NCBI GenBank assembly: GCA_964514965.1
Contig: CAZETV010000001.1
Span: 510,001-542,000, forward strand
DNA from: Candidatus Hadarchaeota archaeon
Lineage (GTDB): Archaea; Hadarchaeota; Hadarchaeia; Hadarchaeales; Hadarchaeaceae
Direction of reading: 5' to 3'
Length of the DNA stretch: 32,000 nucleotides
Program-made: the position numbers and the translations under genes
Notes under the pieces: model-generated
Seen by the model: the letters and a program-made list of their open reading frames with translations, nothing else
The model's database searches: none
What the model was told of the DNA's origin: nothing
Shown: positions 9,783 to 19,333 of the stretch, one piece after another
How the letters are laid out: each line of letters opens with the position of its first letter
Numbering within the stretch: position 1 is the stretch's first letter

Positions 9783-11381
9783 TTAACTGATATTTTTGAC
9801 CATGTATGGCCCTTCTCGCCTATAGCCAAATCGCCGATAATAGTTCCGCGTTCCTATGCCCGAGAGTACGACGACTTTGCGCGCGTCGAACTCCTTCTGG
9901 GAGATAAATTCTGCCTCGCGGAGCAAACGTTCACCCCAACCTCGATGTTGCCACTCGCCTACTCCCGCTTCTTTGCCGACCTGCACGAGCGGGCCATAAA
10001 CATGCAGCTCTCTCACGAGCATCGATCTATCAGTTTTGATTCCGAATTTGTGTATCTTTGGAGATGGTTCCCTTAATCTCAGAAGCCCCATCAAGATGTC
10101 ACGTTTAACATCCTCGAACGACAGAAAGAGTTCCTCACCGTCCGAAGCATGATACCTCTCAACCACGAGTTCTATGTCTTCAGGTTTCGGCTCTAAACCG
10201 AGTTTGTACTTCACATGCCCAACTTCACGACATCTTATGCACCTGCAGCGCGTCCCCTCTCTTCTCATTTTCTCCTGAATCAAAGCTCGTAGATCGCCTC
10301 GCTTAACGCCCTCTGCTATCAGGTTAACTGGAATGTCTCGCTGGATGCGCTGAATCCTGACCCACTTCGGTATGTGCCGCTTCATCTCAGCGATGAGTTC
10401 CACAATTTGCTCGAAAGGATATGGCTTGTACTCTCCCCGCCGCCATAGCTCATAAAGCTTTGTGCCAGGCATGACGAGCGTCGGGTATATCTTCAGGGCA
10501 TCGGGCTTGAACCTTTCATCCTTGAAGAGGGTTTTGAATGTATCCAAGTCTTTTTCGTAATTGGCGCTGGGGAGGCCGGGCATGAAGTGATAAACTACCG
10601 CAAATCCAGCATCCTTCGCTATTCGTGTTGCTTCAGCCACATCTTCTACAGTATGGCCACGGTTGATGAGCTCGTAGATGTCATCATGAAGTGTTTGCAC
10701 CCCCAGCTCGACTCGCGTGGCACCAAGACGAAGCATGAAGTCAACGTGGGGCTCCTTGCAGTAGTCGGGACGGGTCTCAAGTGCGATGTCGCTGTTTCGG
10801 GTCGGCGCATCCTCGGCCGCTTGCTGTGCTTCCTCTATCGTGACAGCGTTCGCGCCCGATATCGCGTTCAAACATTGCACGGTGAACCACTCTAGATAAT
10901 CGTGAGGGTAAGCAGTGAGCGTGCCGCCAAACATTATCAACTCTACCTTGTCGACTACATGTCCTATCGCCCGAAGCTGCTCAATCCTGCTCCGTACTTG
11001 CCTGCAAGGGTCATAACTCGCTTGAAGGGCCCTTGCCGATGCGGGTTCTTTTCCTGTGTATGACTGCGGAACGCCGACACTAGGCCCTCCAGGACAGTAA
11101 ATGCAGGGCTCGGACTTTGGACAGGGGTAAGGCTTTGGCATCACTGTGATAACAGAAACCCCTGAAATCGAGCGTACGGGCTTCAGCTTGAGCAGTTGGA
11201 TTACTCTGGCCTTCTGTTCGCCAGTCGCTGCTGTCAAGAGTTCCGAGTTTCTAAACAGCTTAGATAATCCAAACTTTCGACAAGCTTGGATTTTAGCCTT
11301 AGCTAGTTCTTGCGCGTCAGCGATTTCACCGCTCGAGATTTTTTGTAAAATCTCTTGGTAAGCTGCCGAAGAGGTATCCAC
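9783..11381 (-). CDS. elp3: Archaeal Elp3-type tRNA uridine(34) acyltransferase (radical SAM + GNAT)
   Basis: 532 aa; 'PYPCPKSEPCIYCPGGPSVGVPQSYTGKEPASARALQASYDPCRQVRSRIEQL' and C-terminal GNAT 'EWQHRGWGERLLREAEFI...VLSGIGTRNYYRRFGYRREGPYMVK'. Confidence 0.93.
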   Translation of the reverse strand: MDTSSAAYQEILQKISSGEIADAQELAKAKIQACRKFGLSKLFRNSELLTAATGEQKARVIQLLKLKPVRSISGVSVITVMPKPYPCPKSEPCIYCPGGPSVGVPQSYTGKEPASARALQASYDPCRQVRSRIEQLRAIGHVVDKVELIMFGGTLTAYPHDYLEWFTVQCLNAISGANAVTIEEAQQAAEDAPTRNSDIALETRPDYCKEPHVDFMLRLGATRVELGVQTLHDDIYELINRGHTVEDVAEATRIAKDAGFAVVYHFMPGLPSANYEKDLDTFKTLFKDERFKPDALKIYPTLVMPGTKLYELWRRGEYKPYPFEQIVELIAEMKRHIPKWVRIQRIQRDIPVNLIAEGVKRGDLRALIQEKMRREGTRCRCIRCREVGHVKYKLGLEPKPEDIELVVERYHASDGEELFLSFEDVKRDILMGLLRLREPSPKIHKFGIKTDRSMLVRELHVYGPLVQVGKEAGVGEWQHRGWGERLLREAEFISQKEFDARKVVVLSGIGTRNYYRRFGYRREGPYMVKNIS

Positions 11382-11427
11382 TATCTCCCCTAAGTTAATT
11401 TGTGTTCAAAGCTATTTTCTTGATGGT

Positions 11428-13608
11428 GTGCAAGTGGAAGTCGAGGAGCTTTGCAAGAAATATGGATTACCCGAACAAATCGTGAGAGTGCTTGAAAAAT
11501 CGGGCGTAACGACTCTTTACCCTCCACAGTTGGACGCGATAAGAAAAGGTGCGCTTGATGGAAAAAATCTCGTGCTGGCGATCCCGACCGCGAGCGGTAA
11601 AACGCTTGTCGCCGAGTTCTGCATGCTCAAGTCCGTGTTCGAGGCAAGCGGCAAATGCCTTTACATAGTTCCGCTCCGAGCGCTGGCGAGTGAGAAGTAC
11701 AAGGAGTTCAGGGAAAAGTATGGACTCCTCGGCTTGAAAGTTGGAATCAGCACCGGAGATTTAGATGTTGTCGACCCTAGGCTCGCTCACTATGACATTC
11801 TCATCGCGACCTCCGAAAAAGTTGACTCTCTAATCCGTCACCGCGCAAAATGGCTCGCCGACATTATCTCTGTTGTAGTGCTCGACGAGATTCACTTAAT
11901 TGATGACCCGGGACGCGGCCCTACACTCGAAGTTTTGACGGCCCGACTCCGACAGGTCAACCCTAATCTCCAAACACTCGCACTTAGCGCTACCGTAAAA
12001 AATGCAGAAGAGATAGCTGGGTGGCTAGGTGCGGAACTCGTCAAAAGCGAATGGCGTCCGGTTCCCCTGAAAAAAGGAGTGTACTACGGCGAAAAGATAA
12101 AGTTCGACGATGGGAGCAAACGGGTAGTGAAAGTTGAAATTAAAGACAAACTCGCTGCACTTGCAATCGATACTGTCCAAGAAGGAGGACAGACACTGGT
12201 CTTCGTTAGCACGCGCCGCTCCGCACAGTCAGCAGCCACGCTCCTAGCTAAACACACGAAGGGAACTCTTTCACTTGCAGAGCTTGAGCAGCTGACTGTT
12301 GTTGCAAAAAATATTGAAAAAGCACTCGGAGAATCCACTCGAACTTGCCGCCAGCTGGCCGACTGCGTTCGTCAGGGGGCGGCGTTTCACCACGCTGGAT
12401 TACACCATACCCAGCGAAAGGCCGTGGAGGACGCGTTCAGAAAAAATCTGATAAAAGTAGTATGCGCGACTCCGACATTGGCTGCGGGCATTAACTTACC
12501 TTCGCGCCGGACGATTATCCGAGACTACCGTCGCTATGTCGAGCCTTACGGACTCCAACTCATCCCCGTTTTAGAGTTCCATCAGATGTGCGGTCGCGCT
12601 GGAAGACCCCAATACGATAAGTATGGTGAAGCAGTTGTGATTGCTAAAGGGAAAGACGAAGCCGAAGCACTTTTTGAGGAGTTCATCCGAGCCGAGCCCG
12701 AGCGAATAACCTCGAAGCTCGCTGCCGAACCTGCGCTCCGGACCCATGTGCTCGCCTCAATTGCAGCGGGTTACGTGAATGATGCAGATGGACTGCTGGA
12801 GTTCATGGAACAAACTTTCTTCGCCTACCAGTATGGGACGGGCGAAGTGGCGAGAATCATAGAACTCGTGCTGGATTTCCTTGAGCGGGAAGAGATGATC
12901 CGCACACATGGGAAATTGTTACTCGCAACTCCTTTCGGCGAACATGTCTCTCGCCTCTACATTGACCCGATGTCAGCGGTCATCTTGCGTGACGGAATCA
13001 AAAACATCGCCACCAAGGAGCCTACCGCCATCGGCTTGCTCCACCTCGTGTGCGATACACCCGACATGGGACGACTCTACCTTAGGCGGCACGATTACCC
13101 CGACATCGAGCTCTTCCTCAAAGAACATGCCGATGAATTCTTGACCCCTATACCACACCAAGAATACGAACCCGACAAATACGAATTCTTTCTAGCTGAG
13201 GTGAAGACAGCGCAGATGTTGAAGGCTTGGCTCGAGGAGACGCGCGAGGACGACATTCACGAGCAGTTCGGCGTGGGGGCTGGCGACATTCGGAGAAAAG
13301 TGAGCACGGCTGAGTGGCTCTTATACGCTGCTCACGAACTCGCCAAGCTGTTCAAAGCCAGAGCTGCAGTGGGGCCCCTCCGAAAGCTGCGTGAGCGTGT
13401 ACGCTACGGAGTCAAGGAAGAGCTTCTAGAGCTGGTACAACTTCGGGGTGTAGGACGCGTGCGAGCGCGGAGCCTCTTCAAGGCGGGTTATCGGAAGCTT
13501 GCGGACATCAAACGAGTAACCGAACAAGAACTCGCAAAGGTGCCTTACGTCGGTGTTGAAATTGCAAGGAGCATCAAGCGGCAGATCGAAAAGGATGAAG
13601 TTGTTTGA
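11428..13608 (+). CDS. hel308: Hel308/Ski2-like SF2 DNA helicase
   Basis: 726 aa; Q-motif region 'LYPPQLDAI', Walker A 'AIPTASGKTLVAE', 'VVLDEIHLIDDPGRGPTLE', 'LSATVKNAEEIAGWLGA', 'AAFHHAGLHHTQR', 'CGRAGRPQYD', C-terminal HhH domain. Confidence 0.88.
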   Translation: MQVEVEELCKKYGLPEQIVRVLEKSGVTTLYPPQLDAIRKGALDGKNLVLAIPTASGKTLVAEFCMLKSVFEASGKCLYIVPLRALASEKYKEFREKYGLLGLKVGISTGDLDVVDPRLAHYDILIATSEKVDSLIRHRAKWLADIISVVVLDEIHLIDDPGRGPTLEVLTARLRQVNPNLQTLALSATVKNAEEIAGWLGAELVKSEWRPVPLKKGVYYGEKIKFDDGSKRVVKVEIKDKLAALAIDTVQEGGQTLVFVSTRRSAQSAATLLAKHTKGTLSLAELEQLTVVAKNIEKALGESTRTCRQLADCVRQGAAFHHAGLHHTQRKAVEDAFRKNLIKVVCATPTLAAGINLPSRRTIIRDYRRYVEPYGLQLIPVLEFHQMCGRAGRPQYDKYGEAVVIAKGKDEAEALFEEFIRAEPERITSKLAAEPALRTHVLASIAAGYVNDADGLLEFMEQTFFAYQYGTGEVARIIELVLDFLEREEMIRTHGKLLLATPFGEHVSRLYIDPMSAVILRDGIKNIATKEPTAIGLLHLVCDTPDMGRLYLRRHDYPDIELFLKEHADEFLTPIPHQEYEPDKYEFFLAEVKTAQMLKAWLEETREDDIHEQFGVGAGDIRRKVSTAEWLLYAAHELAKLFKARAAVGPLRKLRERVRYGVKEELLELVQLRGVGRVRARSLFKAGYRKLADIKRVTEQELAKVPYVGVEIARSIKRQIEKDEVV

Positions 13609-13636
13609 TTCAGCCCAATATTTTTCTCAATATTAG

Positions 13637-14542
13637 CTAAGACTTAATAAACAACTCCTCGTACTTCGCTTGAACTGCATCAGCACAAAATTTCTTGACA
13701 CCTTCTTCCGTCTTCGGATGTTTGAGCATTTCTTGAATTACCTCGAAAGGTATGGTTGCAATGTCGCATCCAGTTTCAGCCACTTCTCTAACCTGTCGGG
13801 AATTTCTCAAGCTGGCAGCAATCACCTTTGTTTTTATGTTATATTTTTTGAAGATGTCGACTATTTTTCTCACCAAATCTACACCACTAGTTATTCCATT
13901 ATCCTTTCCAACCTCAATCGCTTTCTTTATCTTTTCGTCTGAGTAGAGCGATGGAATTTCCTCTGCAGTCGAATTTTTCAAGTACTCGCCCAGCCTCGCC
14001 TCAGAAATCGTCCTCACCAACTCGAAGTCGAAATAATCGTTTTTTTTGAAATCAATCCCTAGATTTTTCCTAATGTAATCATCCACCCTTCCGGCAAATG
14101 GGCTTGCATACGTAGCTCCCGCTTTCGCCGCCAAAAGCGCCTGCTCTGCGGTCATCACTAAAGTCGCATTTGTAGGAATTTCCGCTCTTCCCAATTTTTT
14201 TATCGCCTTCAACCCTTCATAATCAGCCATTTCTTGCCCCGTATATGTGTTAATTGGTATCTTGATCAGGACATTTCCAGCGATTGGATTAAATTTCTTG
14301 TATAAAATTTGAGCTTCCTCAACCATCTTGCTTGCTTTTTGACTTAGCACTTCCAAACTTACAGGTCTTCCTTTTCCCGCTGCTTTGCATATTTTCTCCA
14401 AATAATCTTCTAAATTCACTTCTCTTTCTTCATCGACTGCCTTTCTGATCAGGCTGGGGTTAGTCGTCACTCCGTCGACTATGCCCCATGAAAGAGCTTC
14501 CTTGATTTCGCTTAATTTGGCCGTATCCACAAATATTTTCAT
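13637..14542 (-). CDS. tal: Transaldolase / fructose-6-phosphate aldolase family
   Basis: 301 aa; 'MKIFVDTAKLSEIKEALSWGIVDGVTTNPSLIRKA', 'IKIPIN', 'TNATLVMTAEQALLAAKAGATYASPFAGRVDDY'. Confidence 0.85.
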   Translation of the reverse strand: MKIFVDTAKLSEIKEALSWGIVDGVTTNPSLIRKAVDEEREVNLEDYLEKICKAAGKGRPVSLEVLSQKASKMVEEAQILYKKFNPIAGNVLIKIPINTYTGQEMADYEGLKAIKKLGRAEIPTNATLVMTAEQALLAAKAGATYASPFAGRVDDYIRKNLGIDFKKNDYFDFELVRTISEARLGEYLKNSTAEEIPSLYSDEKIKKAIEVGKDNGITSGVDLVRKIVDIFKKYNIKTKVIAASLRNSRQVREVAETGCDIATIPFEVIQEMLKHPKTEEGVKKFCADAVQAKYEELFIKS

Positions 14543-14550
14543 CCCAACAC

Positions 14551-15219
14551 CTAGATTTTTTTTCTTTGAAGTAGACTGTCTTTGAGCTTTTTGATAGATA
14601 ATTTTGGTTCTCTACCATAGATGGCGAAGCCTATTGTGAGAACATTCCCGCCAGCCTCCATAGCCAGCGGTGCTGTCTTTTCGTTTATGCCTCCATCCAC
14701 ACCAATATCGATGTTTAATCCGCGCGTTTCGATCATCTGCCTAGCTTCCCGAACCTTTGGCAGTACAGCCGAAATGAATTCTTGGCCTCCAAAGCCAGGA
14801 TTCACCGTCATAATCAAGACGAAATCAATATCGTCCAGTACATATTCAATTACATTCAGCTGGGTTGCAGGGTTAAGTGCCACCCCCACTTTTACTCCTA
14901 AGCTCTTGATATCCCGAACAGTATGCTGCAAATGATCACACGCTTCAGCATGAACAGATATAATATCGCTACCGACCTCGGCAAACTTTTCAACAAAATT
15001 GTACGGCTTCTCAATCATTAGATGAACATTAAAAGGTAACTTTGTTTTACCCCTTAGCGACTTAATCACCGCTGGCCCGAAAGTGATATTTGGCACGAAG
15101 TGACCGTCCATGATATCCCAGTGGATGAGGTCAACTCCCTCCTTCTCAACATTTTTAACTTCTTCACCTAGCCTGCTGAAATCCGCGGAGAGTAACGATG
15201 CAGCTATTTTCAAACTCAT
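14551..15219 (-). CDS. rpe: Ribulose-phosphate 3-epimerase
   Basis: 222 aa; 'IAASLLSADFSRLGEEV', 'HWDIMDGHFVPNITFGPAVIKSLR', 'FVLIMTVNPGFGGQEFI', 'IDVGVDGGI'-like 'IGVDGGINEKTAP'. Confidence 0.93.
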   Translation of the reverse strand: MSLKIAASLLSADFSRLGEEVKNVEKEGVDLIHWDIMDGHFVPNITFGPAVIKSLRGKTKLPFNVHLMIEKPYNFVEKFAEVGSDIISVHAEACDHLQHTVRDIKSLGVKVGVALNPATQLNVIEYVLDDIDFVLIMTVNPGFGGQEFISAVLPKVREARQMIETRGLNIDIGVDGGINEKTAPLAMEAGGNVLTIGFAIYGREPKLSIKKLKDSLLQRKKI

Positions 15220-16185
15220 CTAACCCCTCCTTTTAATTACCTCTTTTGCCTTCTTTACGATATCGGGGGAAGTTAGACCATACTTGACAAAAAGGTCCTT
15301 CCAATCTCCTGATTCTCCGAAGATATCTCTAATGCCCACCCTCGCCATGGGTACAGGAGCGTTCTCCACGAGCAATTCCGCCACTGCCCCTCCCAAACCT
15401 CCTAAGATACTGTGCTCCTCCGCCGTGACTATTGCGCCACTTTCTCTTGCTGCCCTCAAAATTGCCTCTTGGTCAATGGGTTTAATTGTATGGACATTAA
15501 TCACGCCAGCATCTATCCCTTCCTTAGCTAAATCGGACGCTGCAATTAGTGCCTCGGCCACCATCAGGCCTGTGGCCACGATTGTCACATCCCCCCCCTC
15601 TTTTAGAGTCACACTTTTTCCCACCTGAAAAGTCAAATCGGTGCCGGCATATCGATAACCCTCTTCGTAAACCAAGGGTGTTTTAGGACGGCACAATCTC
15701 ATGAAAACTGGTCCGTCGTATTCGGCTATCGCCTTGGTCCCAACCCCAGTTTCGATAGCATCTGCTGGAATTATAACTGTCACGTTAGGCAAAGAGCGCA
15801 TAACAGCTATGTCCTCGATGCAGAAGTGGGATACTCCATCTCCCCCCACACTTATTCCTCCGTGAGTCACTACGAGCTTCACGTTGAGTTGGGGGTAAGC
15901 AGCGGATTGCTTGAATTGATTCAACCCCTTTTCCGTGCCGAAGACCGAGAAGGTACTTGCGAAAGATATTTTCCCTTCGGAGGCAAACCCAGCAGCCATC
16001 GAAATCAAGTTTGCCTCAGCTACCCCCACATCAAAGAACCTCTCTGGAAATTCTTTAGCAAACTTGGAGGTTTTTGTCGAAGGCGAGAGATCCGCATCCA
16101 AGACCACCACGTTTTTGTTGGCCCGACCAATTTCTACTAAAGCCGTCCCATATGCATCTCGGCTTGCGCCCAAACGCTCACTCAT
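15220..16185 (-). CDS. tktC: Transketolase, C-terminal (split) subunit
   Basis: 321 aa; 'VVVLDADLSPSTKTSKFAKEFPERFFDVGVAEANLISMAAGFASEGKISFASTFSVF', 'VTHGGISVGGDGVSHFCIEDIAVMRSLPN', 'TAEEHSILGGLGGAVAE'. Confidence 0.92.
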   Translation of the reverse strand: MSERLGASRDAYGTALVEIGRANKNVVVLDADLSPSTKTSKFAKEFPERFFDVGVAEANLISMAAGFASEGKISFASTFSVFGTEKGLNQFKQSAAYPQLNVKLVVTHGGISVGGDGVSHFCIEDIAVMRSLPNVTVIIPADAIETGVGTKAIAEYDGPVFMRLCRPKTPLVYEEGYRYAGTDLTFQVGKSVTLKEGGDVTIVATGLMVAEALIAASDLAKEGIDAGVINVHTIKPIDQEAILRAARESGAIVTAEEHSILGGLGGAVAELLVENAPVPMARVGIRDIFGESGDWKDLFVKYGLTSPDIVKKAKEVIKRRG

Positions 16186-17044
16186 GCAGTTCCTCCAAAG
16201 CTCGAGCTAGTTCCGATTCGGTTAAGGTGATCCCGTGATATTCGGAGTGCCCCTCGGCGAAGGCTTTTTCGACGAATGAGACACCTTTACCTTTGTTCGT
16301 GCGAGCGATGATCACAGTAGGCTTGCCTTTTATCCTTTCCGCTTCGTCTAACGAGTCGAGGATTTGCTTCATCTGGTGGCCATCAATCTCGATCACATGC
16401 CAACCGAATGCCCGCCATTTATCGGCTACAGGTTTGAGCGACATGACCTTATCGGTGAATCCGCTCAATTGGTGAGAGTTGAGATCCACTATCGCGACCA
16501 AATTATCTATCTGGTAGTGTGATGCTGACATCGCTGCTTCCCAAATTTGCCCTTCATCGAGTTCTCCATCGCCGAGCAAGACATACACCCGATGAGATTT
16601 CCCGTCTAACCTAGCCGCTAAGGCCATTCCTTCACCTATGGATAAGCCTTGGCCGAGAGTTCCAGTAGATGTTTCTACACCAGGTGTTCTTCTCATGTCA
16701 GGGTGCCCTTGGAGGACACTTCCGATTTTCCTTAACTTCCATAGCTCTTCTCTTGGGAAATACCCCGCCTTTTCCAATGCCGCATAAACTACTGGGCAAG
16801 CATGGCCTTTTGATAATACGAACCGATCCCTATCTTCCCACTTTGGATTTTTGGGATCATGCCGCAGATGATGAAAATACAAAGCTGCCACGATGTCGGC
16901 TGCTGAAAGAGACCCGCCGATATGCCCTGAGCCAGCCTTCGTAGTCATAATGAGAGAATCCCTTCTAAGAGAAAGAGCTATTGCATCTAACCTCTTTGTC
17001 AATTTTTCATCGTGCGGCGCTTTTTTTTCACTGAACGGTGCCAT
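16178..17044 (-). CDS. tktN: Transketolase, N-terminal (split, TPP-binding) subunit
   Basis: 288 aa; 'AGSGHIGGSLSAADIVAALYFHHLRHDPKNPKWEDRDRFVLSKGHACPVVYA', 'LGDGELDEGQIWEAAMSASHYQIDNLVAIVDLNSHQLSG'. Confidence 0.93.
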   Translation of the reverse strand: MAPFSEKKAPHDEKLTKRLDAIALSLRRDSLIMTTKAGSGHIGGSLSAADIVAALYFHHLRHDPKNPKWEDRDRFVLSKGHACPVVYAALEKAGYFPREELWKLRKIGSVLQGHPDMRRTPGVETSTGTLGQGLSIGEGMALAARLDGKSHRVYVLLGDGELDEGQIWEAAMSASHYQIDNLVAIVDLNSHQLSGFTDKVMSLKPVADKWRAFGWHVIEIDGHQMKQILDSLDEAERIKGKPTVIIARTNKGKGVSFVEKAFAEGHSEYHGITLTESELARALEELHE

Positions 17045-17099
17045 TTTTTTTAACCCCTAATAAAATCAGTAAATCTAAATTAAACTTTTCCTATTACTC

Positions 17100-17966
17100 T
17101 CATTCCAGAATCGCCTCTGCAATGACTGGTGCGACCGAAGCAACGCTCACCTGAGTCTCAATCGTGTCTGTGGCTACAACATTTGTCACGCCTGCGGCGG
17201 TAAGTTTTTGCAGCGTATTGCCAACGAGTACAGCATGCGTGCAGGCAGCATAAATCCTGCGTGCACAAGATTGCTTAAGCGATTTGGTAGCCTCGATGAT
17301 GGTGCCGCCCGTGCTGATAATGTCGTCGATTACCACCACATCACGCCCTGCAACGTCAAGAGATTTGGTCTGTGTTATAACCTCGGTTGGGGTAATTCTC
17401 TTCTTCGTTAGATAGTCCGCTTCTGCCCCAAGTTCTGCTGCTGCGCTACTTGCACACTCAAATGCTTTTTTATCAGGCCCTAGGATTAGAGGACTCTTCA
17501 AATTAAGGCTAGAGAAGTACTGCCCGAGAAGAGATGCGGCAGAAAGGTCACGAGCTGGAATCAAAAAGTCTTTCATTATTTCAACATCATGAACATCTAC
17601 AACAAATAGTTCATCTGCTCTATGCCCTATGAGTTTGCAAATTGTTTGAGCACTTATCGCTTCTCCCAGCTTGTAGCGCCTGCTTTGCCGTGCGTAAGCA
17701 AGATATGGCACAACTGCCGTTACACGTCTAGCACCCGAATCTTTTGCAGCATATAGTAAGAAAAAAAGCTCCATCAAATTGTCATTCTGGGGATAAGGGG
17801 TCGACTGTACGACGATAGCATGCCGACCTTTTAGCTTGGCATCAATACGTACGTAAGTTTCGCCGTGGGGTGAGCACTTCAACTCGGGCTTTACAAGTGG
17901 GCACTTGAGCTGCTTTGCGACCTTCACCGCAAGCTTGGGCGAAGCAGACCCGGCGATGACTATCAA
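17100..17966 (-). CDS. prs: Ribose-phosphate pyrophosphokinase; start proposed at TTG 17966 rather than the listed 17993
   Basis: 'IVIAGSASPKLAVKVAKQLKCPLVKPELKCSPHGETYVRI', 'VVPYLAYARQSRRYKLGEAISAQTI', 'VVVIDDIISTGGTIIEA'. From TTG 17966 the protein begins M-IVIAGSAS, matching the family N-terminus, and GAGGGG lies a few nt upstream. Confidence 0.88.
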   Translation of the reverse strand: MIVIAGSASPKLAVKVAKQLKCPLVKPELKCSPHGETYVRIDAKLKGRHAIVVQSTPYPQNDNLMELFFLLYAAKDSGARRVTAVVPYLAYARQSRRYKLGEAISAQTICKLIGHRADELFVVDVHDVEIMKDFLIPARDLSAASLLGQYFSSLNLKSPLILGPDKKAFECASSAAAELGAEADYLTKKRITPTEVITQTKSLDVAGRDVVVIDDIISTGGTIIEATKSLKQSCARRIYAACTHAVLVGNTLQKLTAAGVTNVVATDTIETQVSVASVAPVIAEAILE

Positions 17967-17996
17967 ACTACCCCTCGCGTAGCTTTTCGGCACATC

Positions 17997-18006
17997 TATT
18001 TAAAAA
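17997..18006 (-). promoter_or_regulatory. Candidate archaeal TATA box for the prs-led gene cluster
   Basis: Minus-strand TTTTTAAATA about 35 nt upstream of TTG 17966. Confidence 0.45.
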
Positions 18007-18092
18007 TGTTTTAGATGCTAGGCTTGGACGAATTACATCCGCCCAGATAGATTTTTTTCTTGTTGAACCGCATAAATTCTCAAGGGGTAGAG

Positions 18093-19304
18093 ATGAGACC
18101 GATAATAGCGGTGGGGCTTGAATCCACCCTCGATATGTGGGTAACCTTTCCCAGCCTTGGTGACTTCGCGAGATTTGTCCGAGGTTACAATGGGCGTCTT
18201 ACCAAGTACGTGAAGGAAGGATACGAAACGGTGGCGACGGGAAGTGGCGACGAGGTGTCTATAGACGGATGGGTAAAGGACGCACAGAAACTTGTGAAGC
18301 GGGCGAGAGAATCTGGCGCCGACATTAAATGCAAGCTCGGTGGGAACGGGGCACAAGAGGTTGCAACTCTCAAAGCCTTAGAGTCAAATGTCATATTTAT
18401 GGGGGGGGTTTTTCCTGAGCAGCTACTCAAGTTACCACTTAAGACTAGAAGGTTTTTCAACGAGGCAGATCTCTCATTTGCTCACACTTTCAAAAGATAT
18501 AATCCAACCTCTTTCATCCTACAGGCCCAAGGGGCGAATCGATACATTCTCTGCGAGGGGCAGGGACGAAGAATCGAACAACTTCGGCCATATTTGCGGA
18601 AGCTACCTAGCTTACTAAAGCAAATCCTCAAAAAATACGGCAGACTGAACATGGTGAACTTGGTTGGATGGCATGTGTTATTCGCAAATGGTATAAGCAA
18701 TAGAGATTTTCGCTTAGTAGAAGGAATAATCAAAAAAATTCGTGACGTGGCTGATCCTCTCCTTTTCACGGAGGCAGGGGGACTAGCCGCATTCGATGAA
18801 AAGGAAAGGCGCCTTCTCTGTCGAATCTACTCTCTGTTCGACATTCTTTCGGTGAATGAGGACGAGTTGTTACAGGTTGCACGAGCGGTTAAAGTTAGAA
18901 CGAAAGACGAGTTTCAAGCTATGCACAATATTCTCAAGTCCTTGAAAATGCCATCCACGGTCTGGCTCCACTCCCTTGATTATCAGGCCACGCTGAGTAC
19001 AAAATATGGGCGGAAACTGCTTGAAAAGGCACAGGTTGCCGCGGCAGCTGCAGGAGTTTATAGAGTTGAGAAAGGCACTTATCCAACTCTCAAGGAACTC
19101 ACCAAACGAATGAAAATAAAAACTTTTTCAGAAAAAGGTTTAAAAATGACCCAGTATGCAACAAAAAAGTACGGTGACAAGGTAGGAGCTGCTGAGCTGG
19201 TGGTTACCCCCTGTTATGAGGCGAGGGGTTTCACATCTACTGTTGGAGCGGGAGATGCCTCGGCGGCTGCGTATACTTACGTAATTGCTGGTGGAGAACT
19301 CTAA
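18093..19304 (+). CDS. ADP-dependent glucokinase/phosphofructokinase family sugar kinase; substrate unresolved
   Basis: From ATG 18093 (GGGGTAGAG upstream): 'VGLESTLDMWV', 'KLGGNGAQEVATLKALE', 'SFILQ', 'FTEAGGLAAFDEKERRLLCRIYSLFDILSVNEDELLQ', C-terminal 'STVGAGDASAAA'. Confidence 0.78.
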   Translation: MRPIIAVGLESTLDMWVTFPSLGDFARFVRGYNGRLTKYVKEGYETVATGSGDEVSIDGWVKDAQKLVKRARESGADIKCKLGGNGAQEVATLKALESNVIFMGGVFPEQLLKLPLKTRRFFNEADLSFAHTFKRYNPTSFILQAQGANRYILCEGQGRRIEQLRPYLRKLPSLLKQILKKYGRLNMVNLVGWHVLFANGISNRDFRLVEGIIKKIRDVADPLLFTEAGGLAAFDEKERRLLCRIYSLFDILSVNEDELLQVARAVKVRTKDEFQAMHNILKSLKMPSTVWLHSLDYQATLSTKYGRKLLEKAQVAAAAAGVYRVEKGTYPTLKELTKRMKIKTFSEKGLKMTQYATKKYGDKVGAAELVVTPCYEARGFTSTVGAGDASAAAYTYVIAGGEL

Positions 19305-19333
19305 GTTACCTTCACGTGAAAAAATCAAGTTGC

